The notes under the pieces are model-generated. The model did no database searches and was not told the DNA's origin. It saw only the letters and a program-made list of their open reading frames with translations. This document shows positions 21,618-31,900 of a DNA stretch of 64,000 nt, in pieces. Both the position numbers and the translations under genes were made by a program. Source of the stretch: Euglena gracilis (Eukaryota); assembly GCA_039621445.1 (NCBI GenBank), contig CP154954.1:23386954-23450953 (forward strand), written 5' to 3'. Within the stretch, counting starts at the first letter, position 1; every line of letters starts with the position of its first letter.

Positions 21618-23597
21618 GGTCGCTGAGCTCTTATCTCTTTAGAGTAAGAGCGAAGCTTACCACCGGGGCCGGAGGGGGTCGGACCCCCCGCCCCCCCCCC
21701 GCCCCGCCCGCCCCCCCCCCCCCCCCCCCCCGCCCCCCCCTGAGTAGGTCCGGGCCCCCGAGGATTATCGATGTGATTGGATTTCGTGGCCCCCAAAGTG
21801 AATGGCCTCTAGGTTAGGGGACGACCCCTAGTTTCTCCAGAGCCCTTAGGTTACCCGCAGCTCCCCGCCAGTCCGGAGATATGGCCCGAGCAAAAAAGTT
21901 GTCTGCCGTTTTTTTTTCTGGGGATATTTCAGGGTCATTTTGGGGTCAAAAAATCGAAAAATTTAAAAATATCTCGAAAACGCCGCGGAGTTGCAAAAAA
22001 GTAAAGAGGACGTCATTCCTCAACTTTGGGAGCCCAATCGATCGCTATGCGCGGTTTGGGACGACTCCCCGCCTAGCCCGAGAATACGGCTGTTTTGGGG
22101 TTTTGGGCCAGTTTTGCCAGTTTCGGCCATTTTGGGCCCGTTCGGGGCCCGAAACCGTAATTTGCCCGTATCTCGTGCTAGACGGGAGTTGGAACCCAAA
22201 CCAGGGGGTCAATCATTAGGTTTAGGGGGGGGGTTGACCGTTTTTTGGGGTTCCCGGGGTCTGGTTGTGCCATTTTGGGCCATTTTTGGGTATTCGGGGA
22301 CCCCTGCGGGGGTTCGAGGGCCGTCGGGCTGGGGGTCCAAAAATCGAAAAATTCAAAATATCTCGAAAACGCCGCGGAGTTGAGGAAAAGTGATGGCGAC
22401 CTCATTTGACGACCTTGGAACGCCTGATCGATCCCTATGCGCGCTTTGGGCCAACTCCTCGCCTAGCCCGAGATACGGCCGTTTTGCGGCTTTTGGGCCA
22501 GTTTGGCCAGTTCTGGCTGTTTTGGGGCCCGAAACCGTAAATTGGCCGTATCTCGGGCTACACGTGGAGTTGGGACCCAAATCAGGGGGTCAACCATTGG
22601 TTTAAGGGGAGGTTTTGACCGTATTTTGGGGTTCACGGGGCCGGGTTGTGTGCGATTTTGTGCCAGTTTTGAGCCACTTGGGCGATTTTGGGCCAGTTTT
22701 GGCTGTTCGGGGACCCCACCGGGCGGCGTGAGGGCGGCTGGGCGATGGGGGGTCGGGTGGCAGGTCGGGACCCAAAATTTTGAAAACATTTTTTTCGCTC
22801 AAAAATACTTTTTTTCACTTCAGAACATCAAAAAAGTGTTTTTGAGAGAGAAAAAATTTTCCGACCCGGACCCCCCCCCGTGGCTGCGGCCCACCCCACT
22901 GGCCGGTGGACTTAGCCATTTTTGGGTCAAAAAGTCAAAAAAATTCAAATTTTTTTTTGCCCAAAACCATGTTTTTTGACCTCCCGGACCCGAAAAAAGT
23001 GTTCTCGACCCAAAAATGAACGTTTTTCGACCCGCCAGCGCCCCGTTTTGGGCCGCCAACCCATTGACTTTGGGTCAAAACCGGGCCAAAAAAGTCGAAA
23101 AAAATCGAAACATTTTTTTTGCCTGAAACGACGTTTTTTGGCCTCCCGGACCCAGAAAAACTGTTTTTGAGCCGAAAACGAGCGTTTTTAGACCATCAGT
23201 GCCCCATTTTGGTACGCCAACCCATTGACTTTCGGTCAAAACCCGGTCAAAAAAGTCGAAAAAAAATTGAAAAATTTTTTTTGCCCGAAACGCTGTTTTT
23301 TGGGCCTCCAGAACCCAGAAAACCCGTTTTTTTAGCCAAAAATGAGCGATTTTTGACCCCTTGGCCCCTCGTTTCGGGCCCAAAACCCTTGCATTTCAGT
23401 CCAAAGAGCTCCACGGAGTGGCTGGGCCGGGCCGCCGGGCCGCTGGCCGGGCCGGGCCGCCGGTCAGCCGGCCCGCCGGCCGGGCCGGGCCGCCAGCCGG
23501 GCCGGGCCGGGCTGGGCCGCCGGGCCGCCGAGCCGGGCCGGGCCGGGTCGCCGAGCCGCGGTGGTCTTCCAAAGAGCTCAGCTCTACGTCACACCCT
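21618..23597. mobile_element. Non-autonomous repeat with a terminal hairpin, 11-bp subterminal inverted repeats and internal tandem repeats (Helentron/DINE-like)
   Basis: Starts GGTCGCTGAGCTCTTATCTCTTTAGAGTAAGAGC; inverted AAGAGCTCAGC at about 23572-23582; ~390-bp internal duplication (about 21940 vs 22335); (GCCGG)n tract at 23420-23555. Confidence 0.6.
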
Positions 23598-24170
23598 GGT
23601 CGCTGAGCTCTTATCTCTTTAGAGTAAGAGCGAAGCTTACCACCGGGCCCCGAGCCCCCCCCTGACCCCCCCCGCCCCCCGCCCCCCCCCCCTGAGTAGG
23701 CTCGGGCACCCCAGGATTATCGATGTGACCTGATTTCCGGACCCGAGAAGTTAATAGCCTATGGGTTAGGAGAGGATCCCTAGTTTCTCCAGAGCCCTCA
23801 ATTTGCCCGCAACTCCCCGCCAGTCCGGAGATATGGCTTGAGCAAAAAAGTTGTCTACCGTTTTTTTCCAAAGAAATTTTGTTGGACCGGCAAAAGGGCC
23901 ATTTTTGGGGGTCAAAAAATGGAAAAAATTAAAATATGTCGAAAACGCTGGGGAGTTGAGAAAAAGTAAAGAGTACCTCATTCCACAACTTTGGGAGGCG
24001 GACGGACGGACGGACGGACGGCTGGTGAAAAAAGCGAAGGTCCGGACGGACGGCTGACCTTGTGGGCTTGGTCCAGACGGCTGAAGAAGATGCACTTGGT
24101 CCAGCTAGCCGGCTGGCCGGCTGGCCGGCTGGCCGGCTGGCCGGCTAGCCGGGGTCTTTGGAAGCGCAGG
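23598..24170. mobile_element. Second, shorter member of the same repeat family
   Basis: First ~50 nt identical to 21618 onward and similar for about 400 nt; then (GACG)n and (GCCGGCTG)n tracts. Right end approximate. Confidence 0.65.
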
Positions 24171-24615
24171 CTAAGGGCAAGAAAGGTCGCGTAGATCTCC
24201 AAACGGAAGTAACGGTCCAGATCTCCACACAACATGTCAGATCTTTTGTACGATGTCCGCTGAGCTGCCCCGTACTGCAAGGTTCGTATCAGTGTGTACC
24301 AGGCGTATGCTTCTGTCCCCTTCCGTTGAGGAAGTTAGGATCGAAGCAGATCCTATTAGGATCTCCTAATGGGTGCCCCTTCTCTCTCCACAGGTGGTAT
24401 TCTTTTATATTCTTCTTTATACCTTTTCCTTCCTTTCCCTCGGACCGGACTTGGTTATCCAGTCCGTCCTCCCTGCATTGCCCTGTGCTTTGCTTCTTGG
24501 GAAGTGGGAAAAGGGATTTTCTGTTACTCTGATTTTCAGTTCCCAAGTAGGTGCGCCAAGGCGAAAGCGAAGGCTTTTGGGAATTGGGAAAGGGGAATTG
24601 GGAATCAGACGTACA
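24170..24615 (+). repeat. 5' LTR of element B (5'-truncated)
   Basis: Ends in CA two nt before a PBS; 24293-24615 is homologous to the reverse complement of sequences starting at 39010 and 42937 (CCACAGGTGGTATTC, AAGTAGGT.CGC, TGTGTACCAGGC). Confidence 0.75.
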
Positions 24616-24778
24616 CTTGGTAGCAGATTGGTTACGATCCTATACATACTTCACAGAAAGAAAGGCTACCAGGTATTACACTTGGTAGCAGATTAGGTCA
24701 CGATCCTACACATACAGCCCGTTTAGAAAGAAACGCTACCAGGTATTACACTTGGTAGCAGATTGGTTCGATCCTACG
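24612..24778 (+). promoter_or_regulatory. Three tandem tRNA-iMet primer-binding-site units
   Basis: TACACTTGGTAGCAGATT...CGATCCTA occurs three times, with TGG at 24618, 24683 and 24753. Confidence 0.85.
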
Positions 24779-24966
24779 CTGACTGGCAGCGGAGGGCCCC
24801 TGCACCGTTTATACACGGTCGCAGCGTCAGCTCCCGGCTTCTAGTCAACGTCTAAGCAGACGAGCAGGCTCCGGAAGGCTCTGTACGGTATTACCTGTTA
24901 CAACCCTTCTGGTGCCAGCACAACTGCTTAGTTTTGTGGGTTTTTGCTGTTTTTGTCATCAGAAAG

Positions 24967-27900
24967 ATGCAAAGCACAGGCCCCAACCATCAATTCAATT
25001 ATGCCTTATTACAGGCATCATTGCAAGACATTGACCAAGAAAATGGGGATTGGAAGCTTTTATGTGAAAGTGCTTCCAGTTCCCACGCCGATGAGGCACA
25101 ATTGGTTCAATTGTCACAATTGCAACACTTGTCATCATTGACAGTGGTCGGCGATGAGCCCTCCACATCATTGGCTTCAGAGGCTAATGCGGCCTCTTCC
25201 GCACTCACCTTGCCACAACGGGGGTATTCGCCTCTGTCTGCGGCAATGGTGCAGCTGCGCACACCGGAGAGACCCGTGGTGATTCCGCCACTGGGCTTCT
25301 CTGGTGATGGTGGGCTGGAAACCCCGTGTTTCTTTCAACCACCACCCGTTCTTCCACCGGCAAGCCCTTACAGAGCTTTGCCACCACCACCCGATCTTGG
25401 GTGCTATCCCGCACTACCTTGGCAACCGGAGACTCGCCTAGTGGTACCAGAATTCTCTGGTACGTCCCAACCCATGGATGGCTATGGGAAGAGCACTGGG
25501 GAGCTCCTCACTGCTGAGGATGTACAGGATATGGTTGCTCGGCTTCCAGGGGATCACCCCCTTGTGAGGCAGTTCAACCATGTGCAACAATGCGTTGCAG
25601 ATTGTGCAACCGCACTCAACAAAGTGCTCCAGTTTGATGAGGACAACCAAAAACATGTCTTCACCAAGCTGGAATACTGCTGGAATTACTTGCAGGAAGT
25701 TGGCAAATATTGCCAGAGGAATTTCGAAAGTGCGGGTATTGACCTTGCAAACTTTCGGGAAACCTTTGACAAAATGTGCCAACAACTCCCGCAAAACTTC
25801 CGGCAAATTGGTGAATGCATGCATGAAGCGGAAACCCGGAATGACTCCAAGTTTCTGCACTTGCATGACTCACTACAATATTTATCGGGACAAATGGAGT
25901 CCTTTTTATCCGCGTTGTCGCATTTGCAACAACAGTTGCATGCACGAGATTCCTCGTCTGCAACATCCAGCAGTGGTGGACTTGTGTCTATGGACCATTT
26001 CACCACATTGTCCGCAACTTTCCATGAATCGCAACACCGCATTATGCAGTTGTGCGATGAAACGGAAAAGTTTCGGCAATTTCAGTCACAAGCCAACGAG
26101 AATTTTGCTCCCCACACGTATCTGCGGCAGTTGGAGGAGCGACTTTCCTGTTTGGAGCAGAAAACCTGGTATTGTGACGCACATCGGGTTGGTTTATCCA
26201 ATCTGAGCGCGAAAGTCGCGGAAGTAGCACAACGGCAGGATTCCCTGCAGTTGCAGTTGCAATCCGACATTGGCGGGATTAACTCGGCCATTGCGGGGTT
26301 GCAACAAAGCTATTCCGCACCTTCCCACCGAGTTCCGGACATTAGCGGTATTCAGACTGCTATTGGGGAACTCCAGACCCGGTATGCATCGGTGTCTACC
26401 AAAGTAACGGAAATGCAGTCTCTACCTGCAGGTTCCAGGACCCAGATTACCGAGAACCCTGATTTCAAGGCATTTTATGACAACATGCTCACTAACAATC
26501 GGGAAACCTTGCAAGATTTCTGCAACAGCCTATTACGGCTTGAGGAATCGGTGAATCGGAATGCCCGATCCACGCAAGGTGAGATTACCAGGTTGGATGA
26601 GCGAATTTCCGCGTTGTTGGATAAGCCACAATTCGGAAATTTGCCCGTGGGTACCACAACCGCGTTGTCGGATAACCCTGCACCGGTTGCACCCACCCCC
26701 ACACCAACCAAGACATCACCTTTGCAGATTCTCTCAAATGCTGTAAAAGCATTAATGGGACAACTCCAATTATTGCGTAAGTCTCACGGGAAACTTGTCC
26801 AAGATGTTACCGGAATTTCCGAAAGGATTCTGCACTTGGATGACCTTTCCCGTTACCGCAAGCGTATTCGCGCTTTGGAGGATGAAGTTGACCGTATTTG
26901 CGGCCAACTCCAACTCGTTGAGCATTTGGAGCAAAGTGTGCATGACGTGACTGTGGGTTTGGATAATGTGTCCAACCAACAGCGGGTTTCACACCGCAAT
27001 TCGGCAGTATGCATTGCCGAAGATGCGCCAAATGTTCCAGAGTCGCGTTTCCATAACCCGGCTCTGGGTGCACATGCACCACCACCACCCGTTTCCCGAG
27101 TGTCACAATCCGCGATTCCGCGAACTGTGCCACCATTGGCCTTGTTCACAACACAAACCCAGTTTTCGGATGAATTTCCCATTACGGGAACCGAATTTTC
27201 GGAAAACACGGCGATTCTGCCAAGTCTCCACCAAGAAATCCATCATTCCATGCTTGTGCGTGGAATGAGCCAAACCCGTACACCGGGAGTTGGTCACATG
27301 TTCCATGCGCGACATACCCCCACACCGGAGAGTCCCCCTACTACGGGTGACCAACAGGGTTTGCGACCGGATTTCCGGTACCAGGATTCACCCTCACCAG
27401 AAATTTCGCGATTCCGACAAGAATCCGGAAAGGATACGCTTGGTGCTCGAGCGTACCCAGGCCCAAAACCGCGGAATACCACCGAGGGTCATTGGGTTTC
27501 TCAGAAAGACTTCAAGGGCACCATCGCAATCGCGAATAAGGTGAAACCCCAATGGGACGGTGATCCAACCACATGGAGACAGTTTTTCCGGGACTGGGAG
27601 TATTACTGGGCATTGAAAGGTCCAACCCAGGACACAAACACGGAGGTGATCAAGATGGAATTCATCGATTGCCTCCCTAGGGATGAGAAGGAGCGCGCGC
27701 GACAACTTGTCATTCGCTACCGCGTTTCCTTTGATGACCTGGTAGAGCAATACGCTTCCACCAGTTCAAGTTTGGTCGCTAGGATTACCCTGGAGACCAA
27801 GTGGCGGCAATGCGCCCCACCCGATCGGAAGTGGAAGTCCATTGACCTTTGGTATGCCAAATGGTTAGGACTTGCCGCTGAAGTGGATGAACTCAGTGAA

Positions 27901-28731
27901 AAGCAAATGCGCGAACAGTTTGATGCTGTTCTCATGCATTTCACGCCTAGCCTCATCAAGGATATCCACCGTGAGGAGTTGGCGAGTCACTCATTGACTC
28001 TTGACCAACGCTGGAACTACGTTTCTAAGCAATTGAAGCTCTCACAGCTTCTTGGTCAGATTCAATCCGCGTATAACGCACACCCAACCGCTGGAATACC
28101 GGCTGGTTCGGTGAACGCATTGCAAAAATCACCGGTTTCACCCACTTCACCAACCACGGGATCGAAAACGCGATACCCGCGTTCTTCGGACCAAGCCACG
28201 AATAAAGTGTGCTTTTTGTGCAACAAATCGGGACATATGTCTCGGGAATGTCCTAATCCTGAAGTGCGTAAGCGTATTCAGAGTCCGCGAGGCTCGACCT
28301 CATCACGGGGTTCGGGTTCCTCCGCGTTTTCACGCCAATCGGGCAATTCACGGTCATCGGGTCCCCGTTCCGGTGGTATTAGCCCCCGGATCCCGTTCCG
28401 CGATGAGCGGAAACACGGTACCCCTCGGGGTAGGTCACCCGGTGCCCCGGCCAAGAAGCGTGATTCTCATCGCGAGACATCGCGATCGCGTTCGCGAAGC
28501 GGATCATCCTCTTCGCGATCCTCATCGGGAAAACCCCGGTACACCGGTCATGGTCGACGGGATATCCGGTCACCACGACGGTTTGACGGGAAATCGGGAA
28601 ACCGATCCCCCCGTTACCCAGAATCGCGACACAAATCTCGGTGTTCGCTTTGTGGATCACCACTCATCCAAATGTCCGCGTTCTCGTTCTCCCCTCCCTG
28701 GCCAACGTCATCGCGGTATGAATCGCGGTGA
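24967..28731 (+). CDS. gag: Gag of element B (coiled-coil-like N-terminus, capsid-like region, CCHC zinc knuckle, RS-rich tail)
   Basis: ORF 24934..28731, first ATG at 24967; CFLCNKSGHMSREC; PQWDGDPTTWRQFFRDW. Confidence 0.85.
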   Translation: MQSTGPNHQFNYALLQASLQDIDQENGDWKLLCESASSSHADEAQLVQLSQLQHLSSLTVVGDEPSTSLASEANAASSALTLPQRGYSPLSAAMVQLRTPERPVVIPPLGFSGDGGLETPCFFQPPPVLPPASPYRALPPPPDLGCYPALPWQPETRLVVPEFSGTSQPMDGYGKSTGELLTAEDVQDMVARLPGDHPLVRQFNHVQQCVADCATALNKVLQFDEDNQKHVFTKLEYCWNYLQEVGKYCQRNFESAGIDLANFRETFDKMCQQLPQNFRQIGECMHEAETRNDSKFLHLHDSLQYLSGQMESFLSALSHLQQQLHARDSSSATSSSGGLVSMDHFTTLSATFHESQHRIMQLCDETEKFRQFQSQANENFAPHTYLRQLEERLSCLEQKTWYCDAHRVGLSNLSAKVAEVAQRQDSLQLQLQSDIGGINSAIAGLQQSYSAPSHRVPDISGIQTAIGELQTRYASVSTKVTEMQSLPAGSRTQITENPDFKAFYDNMLTNNRETLQDFCNSLLRLEESVNRNARSTQGEITRLDERISALLDKPQFGNLPVGTTTALSDNPAPVAPTPTPTKTSPLQILSNAVKALMGQLQLLRKSHGKLVQDVTGISERILHLDDLSRYRKRIRALEDEVDRICGQLQLVEHLEQSVHDVTVGLDNVSNQQRVSHRNSAVCIAEDAPNVPESRFHNPALGAHAPPPPVSRVSQSAIPRTVPPLALFTTQTQFSDEFPITGTEFSENTAILPSLHQEIHHSMLVRGMSQTRTPGVGHMFHARHTPTPESPPTTGDQQGLRPDFRYQDSPSPEISRFRQESGKDTLGARAYPGPKPRNTTEGHWVSQKDFKGTIAIANKVKPQWDGDPTTWRQFFRDWEYYWALKGPTQDTNTEVIKMEFIDCLPRDEKERARQLVIRYRVSFDDLVEQYASTSSSLVARITLETKWRQCAPPDRKWKSIDLWYAKWLGLAAEVDELSEKQMREQFDAVLMHFTPSLIKDIHREELASHSLTLDQRWNYVSKQLKLSQLLGQIQSAYNAHPTAGIPAGSVNALQKSPVSPTSPTTGSKTRYPRSSDQATNKVCFLCNKSGHMSRECPNPEVRKRIQSPRGSTSSRGSGSSAFSRQSGNSRSSGPRSGGISPRIPFRDERKHGTPRGRSPGAPAKKRDSHRETSRSRSRSGSSSSRSSSGKPRYTGHGRRDIRSPRRFDGKSGNRSPRYPESRHKSRCSLCGSPLIQMSAFSFSPPWPTSSRYESR

Positions 28732-28978
28732 CAAGGGTCACTCCTCCAACCGCCATAAAGTCGGTTTCAAGATATCTTGTTTGGAGGATGACACCCCGGC
28801 TTCGGGCAGGGAGGGGGATGAGACCACGGATACCGACTTCGATGAGGCCCGCATGGCGGTGCGCACGTTGAAATCTGTTTATAGCTCTAAAAGGCCCATA
28901 GCCGGCTATTCGGCCGGTTCGTACCTGGAGTAGGGGAGCCCGAGGTCCGAGGGCACGGACCTCTGGGCTGATGAACAG

Positions 28979-31900
28979 ATGGAGGTAGGACCTGATCAAC
29001 CCTGCCCCCCCTGCCCATCTGCCTTTCTGGTCGGTACCTGGAAAATGTTCGGGTCCCCCACCCCCCACTCCAACTTTCCGCTCGGAATGTTGTGCAAAGT
29101 AGGAAAGGGTTCATGGGAAAGCTGGCAAGAAAATATATTTTCGCCAGACCCTTCACTTTGCTTACCACCCATGGAACTTTTGGTCCAAGCGGAAATCAGA
29201 ATCCAAAACTTTTGTGCAAAAGTCAAAATTCTCATTGACACTGGTTGTCGCATTGCACTACTTTTTTGGTTCGGGTTGATACCAACCCCCCTCTTGGTGA
29301 AAGCCAAGAAGCCGATCAAAATTACGACGGCAGACAACACCCCCATGTGCAGTGGTGACTTGGGATGCTTTTTGGACATTGTCCTACCCCTCATCCCCAA
29401 GCACCACTCACACCCCCCCCAACCGCAAAATTTTCCGGATACCTGGGGATACGAATCTGGAATCCATGGTTCTGACGTAATTCTGGGATACCCCTTTTTA
29501 CGTCAGCACCGGCTGGTAGTGGATTGCCACTCCCACGGTTTGCGCACATCACCATTCTCTTCATTGTCCCCCAAACCTTCATCACAGGTGGCGTCAACCG
29601 CGACGACCACCAATTTTTCCACACCGTTTTCAAAAACTTTTACCCCGTTACCAACCACACCAACCAACGTTTTCCACACCGGGTGTACCGAGAAAGTTCA
29701 CCCCCTGCCCATTGACACACCAACTTCCGTTCCCCATGAGGCAGGGCAAGCGAGTAGCGGTACCCCCCTCGTTCCACTGTGTTACAAGACGAAAGCCCAA
29801 AGGCCTGAAGTTATAACGGTGTCGAGTAGTCGCCCAGCTGCACTAATACCCCGTTTTCCACCAGATGTATCGCTTTCAGATACATCTGTACACCCCCCAG
29901 CAGCTACAAAAGCGCATCCCAACTTTTACACACACCCTCACCAGACCAACATGCGCGACCAGGACACTTCCTTCCAATGTGTGCACTGTAGGAGAATTTC
30001 CGCCCAGCCAGATTTCGATTGTGGATGTCTAGTCCAAACACCAACACTAATCCCGATTTCGCGTAACCATACACTTGGTTGCGGTTCGCAATGCACGACC
30101 GTACATCAAGTGCTCCAACAACGAGGTATTGCCTTGTTGTTTGGGACCGCGAAATCCGTGTCACACACCTCCCCCACCTCCATCTGGCATGATATGGACT
30201 GGGTATGCACCCATCCAAACCATCAACCCTTGGGAATGCCCCTAGGGAGTGTGGATGACACACCCTTGACCTATGTTTGCGGATCCCTAAATTGCGTCAC
30301 CAGTCTTCAACCCGCGAACCAGGTCAATAGATACGCGATGCGCGTATGGAACGCATTTAATTTTGGTCAATATCATATTTTGGAGGGATGGTTCTCCAAA
30401 ATCGCGGTTTTGGCTGATTCCTTCGATTTGTCGTTGGAAATTGATGCGGTTTCATCAAAAGCGCATGCGCGCTTGTCGCGATATTGGTCGCGACATTCCA
30501 ACGCGTTTCAAAATTTTGGGGTGATACGGTGCTCTGGATGCACCCTCCCCCAAAACTTATCCCGGATGTGGTGGAGAAAATCCTCCGCAATGAAGCGCGA
30601 GGAGCTCTCCTCATACCCGTCAATCCGAATGCGGATTGGTTTCACCAACTATCCGATGTGTGTTTTCAGTGGTGCGATTTACCCGCTGATGTACCACTTT
30701 TTGAGGATTTTTGTGGTATATTATTACCACCTGTAAAAGAAATCATTTTTCGCGTTTGTTTCTTCGACGCATTCGGAATATCCGATGTGCGTGTGCCAAG
30801 ATGCCTTGGTACCAATGGGGATGCCACACCCTCAACGCAGATTTCTGCGGTCATTGAGAGTGCGGACCAACACCCCAAGTCTGCTGACTATTGTTCGCGA
30901 ATTACTCGCGAATTTCATGGTGTACTGGATAACCCAGTATACGCCTGTGACATCGACCCCGCGATTCGCGGTCCGTTCGGTGTTTGCAAAATCGAGCTCA
31001 AGGATGGCGCTAAACCCATGCACCGGAAATTCCTCCGTTGTTCGGGTGAACGCGAACAGGCTCTCAACGAGATGATTGAGAAGCTCATCCAGCGGAACTG
31101 AATTATCCCTTCCAAGAGCGAATGGACATCACAAGCTTTTGTGGTGCCCAAACCCGCTGACCAGTCTGGTCAGAAGAAGTGGAGACTAGTGCTGGATTAC
31201 CGGTACCTGAACTCCCAAACGAAGGATGACCCCTTCCCGTTACCGCTGATCGAGGATTTGATCACCAAACAATTGGATAACCGGTTGTGGTCAATATTTG
31301 ATCTGGAAGACGGTTTCCATCAGATGCATTTGCATCCTGATTCGCAACCATACACGGCATTCGTGACATCCAAGGGTGTGTACCAATGGACGGTACTCCC
31401 CATGGGTGTTAAGAATGGCCCAGCCATGTTTCAACGCATGATCCAGTGGGTTTTGCGCGATTTACCGTTTGCTCTGGTGTACATCGATGATGTACTGGTG
31501 GGAACCCAACTGCCATCCGCGAAATCGGGCGAGGATATCCTCGACCCGCATTATCGCGATGTGCGCGCGGTTTTATCCGCGTTCCAAAAGCACGTGCTTT
31601 TTGTGAAGGGTTCCAAAATGCACCTGTTTTGCAAAATTATTAAGTTTTGCGGGCATATCCTGAACAACGGGCAGCGTAAAGCCGCACCCAGTAAGATGGG
31701 GGCCATTAAGAAATGGACTCCTGAGGTCATTAAGACCTTAACGCATTTAAAGGGATCCTTTTGGGTTAGCCCAATATTACGCGATTTACATGAAAGATTT
31801 CGCGAAAATCGCGGTACCCCTAACCCGACAACTCAAAAATCGGACACCCGATAACGCAAAAGTCATTTGGGATGACCAAATGCGCGAGGCCTTGAATAAA

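Noticed and set aside
24612-24778. tRNA genes or a mini CRISPR array
   Set aside because: Only the complement of the tRNA 3' end and T-arm is present with no cloverleaf; the intervening sequences are related to each other rather than unique.
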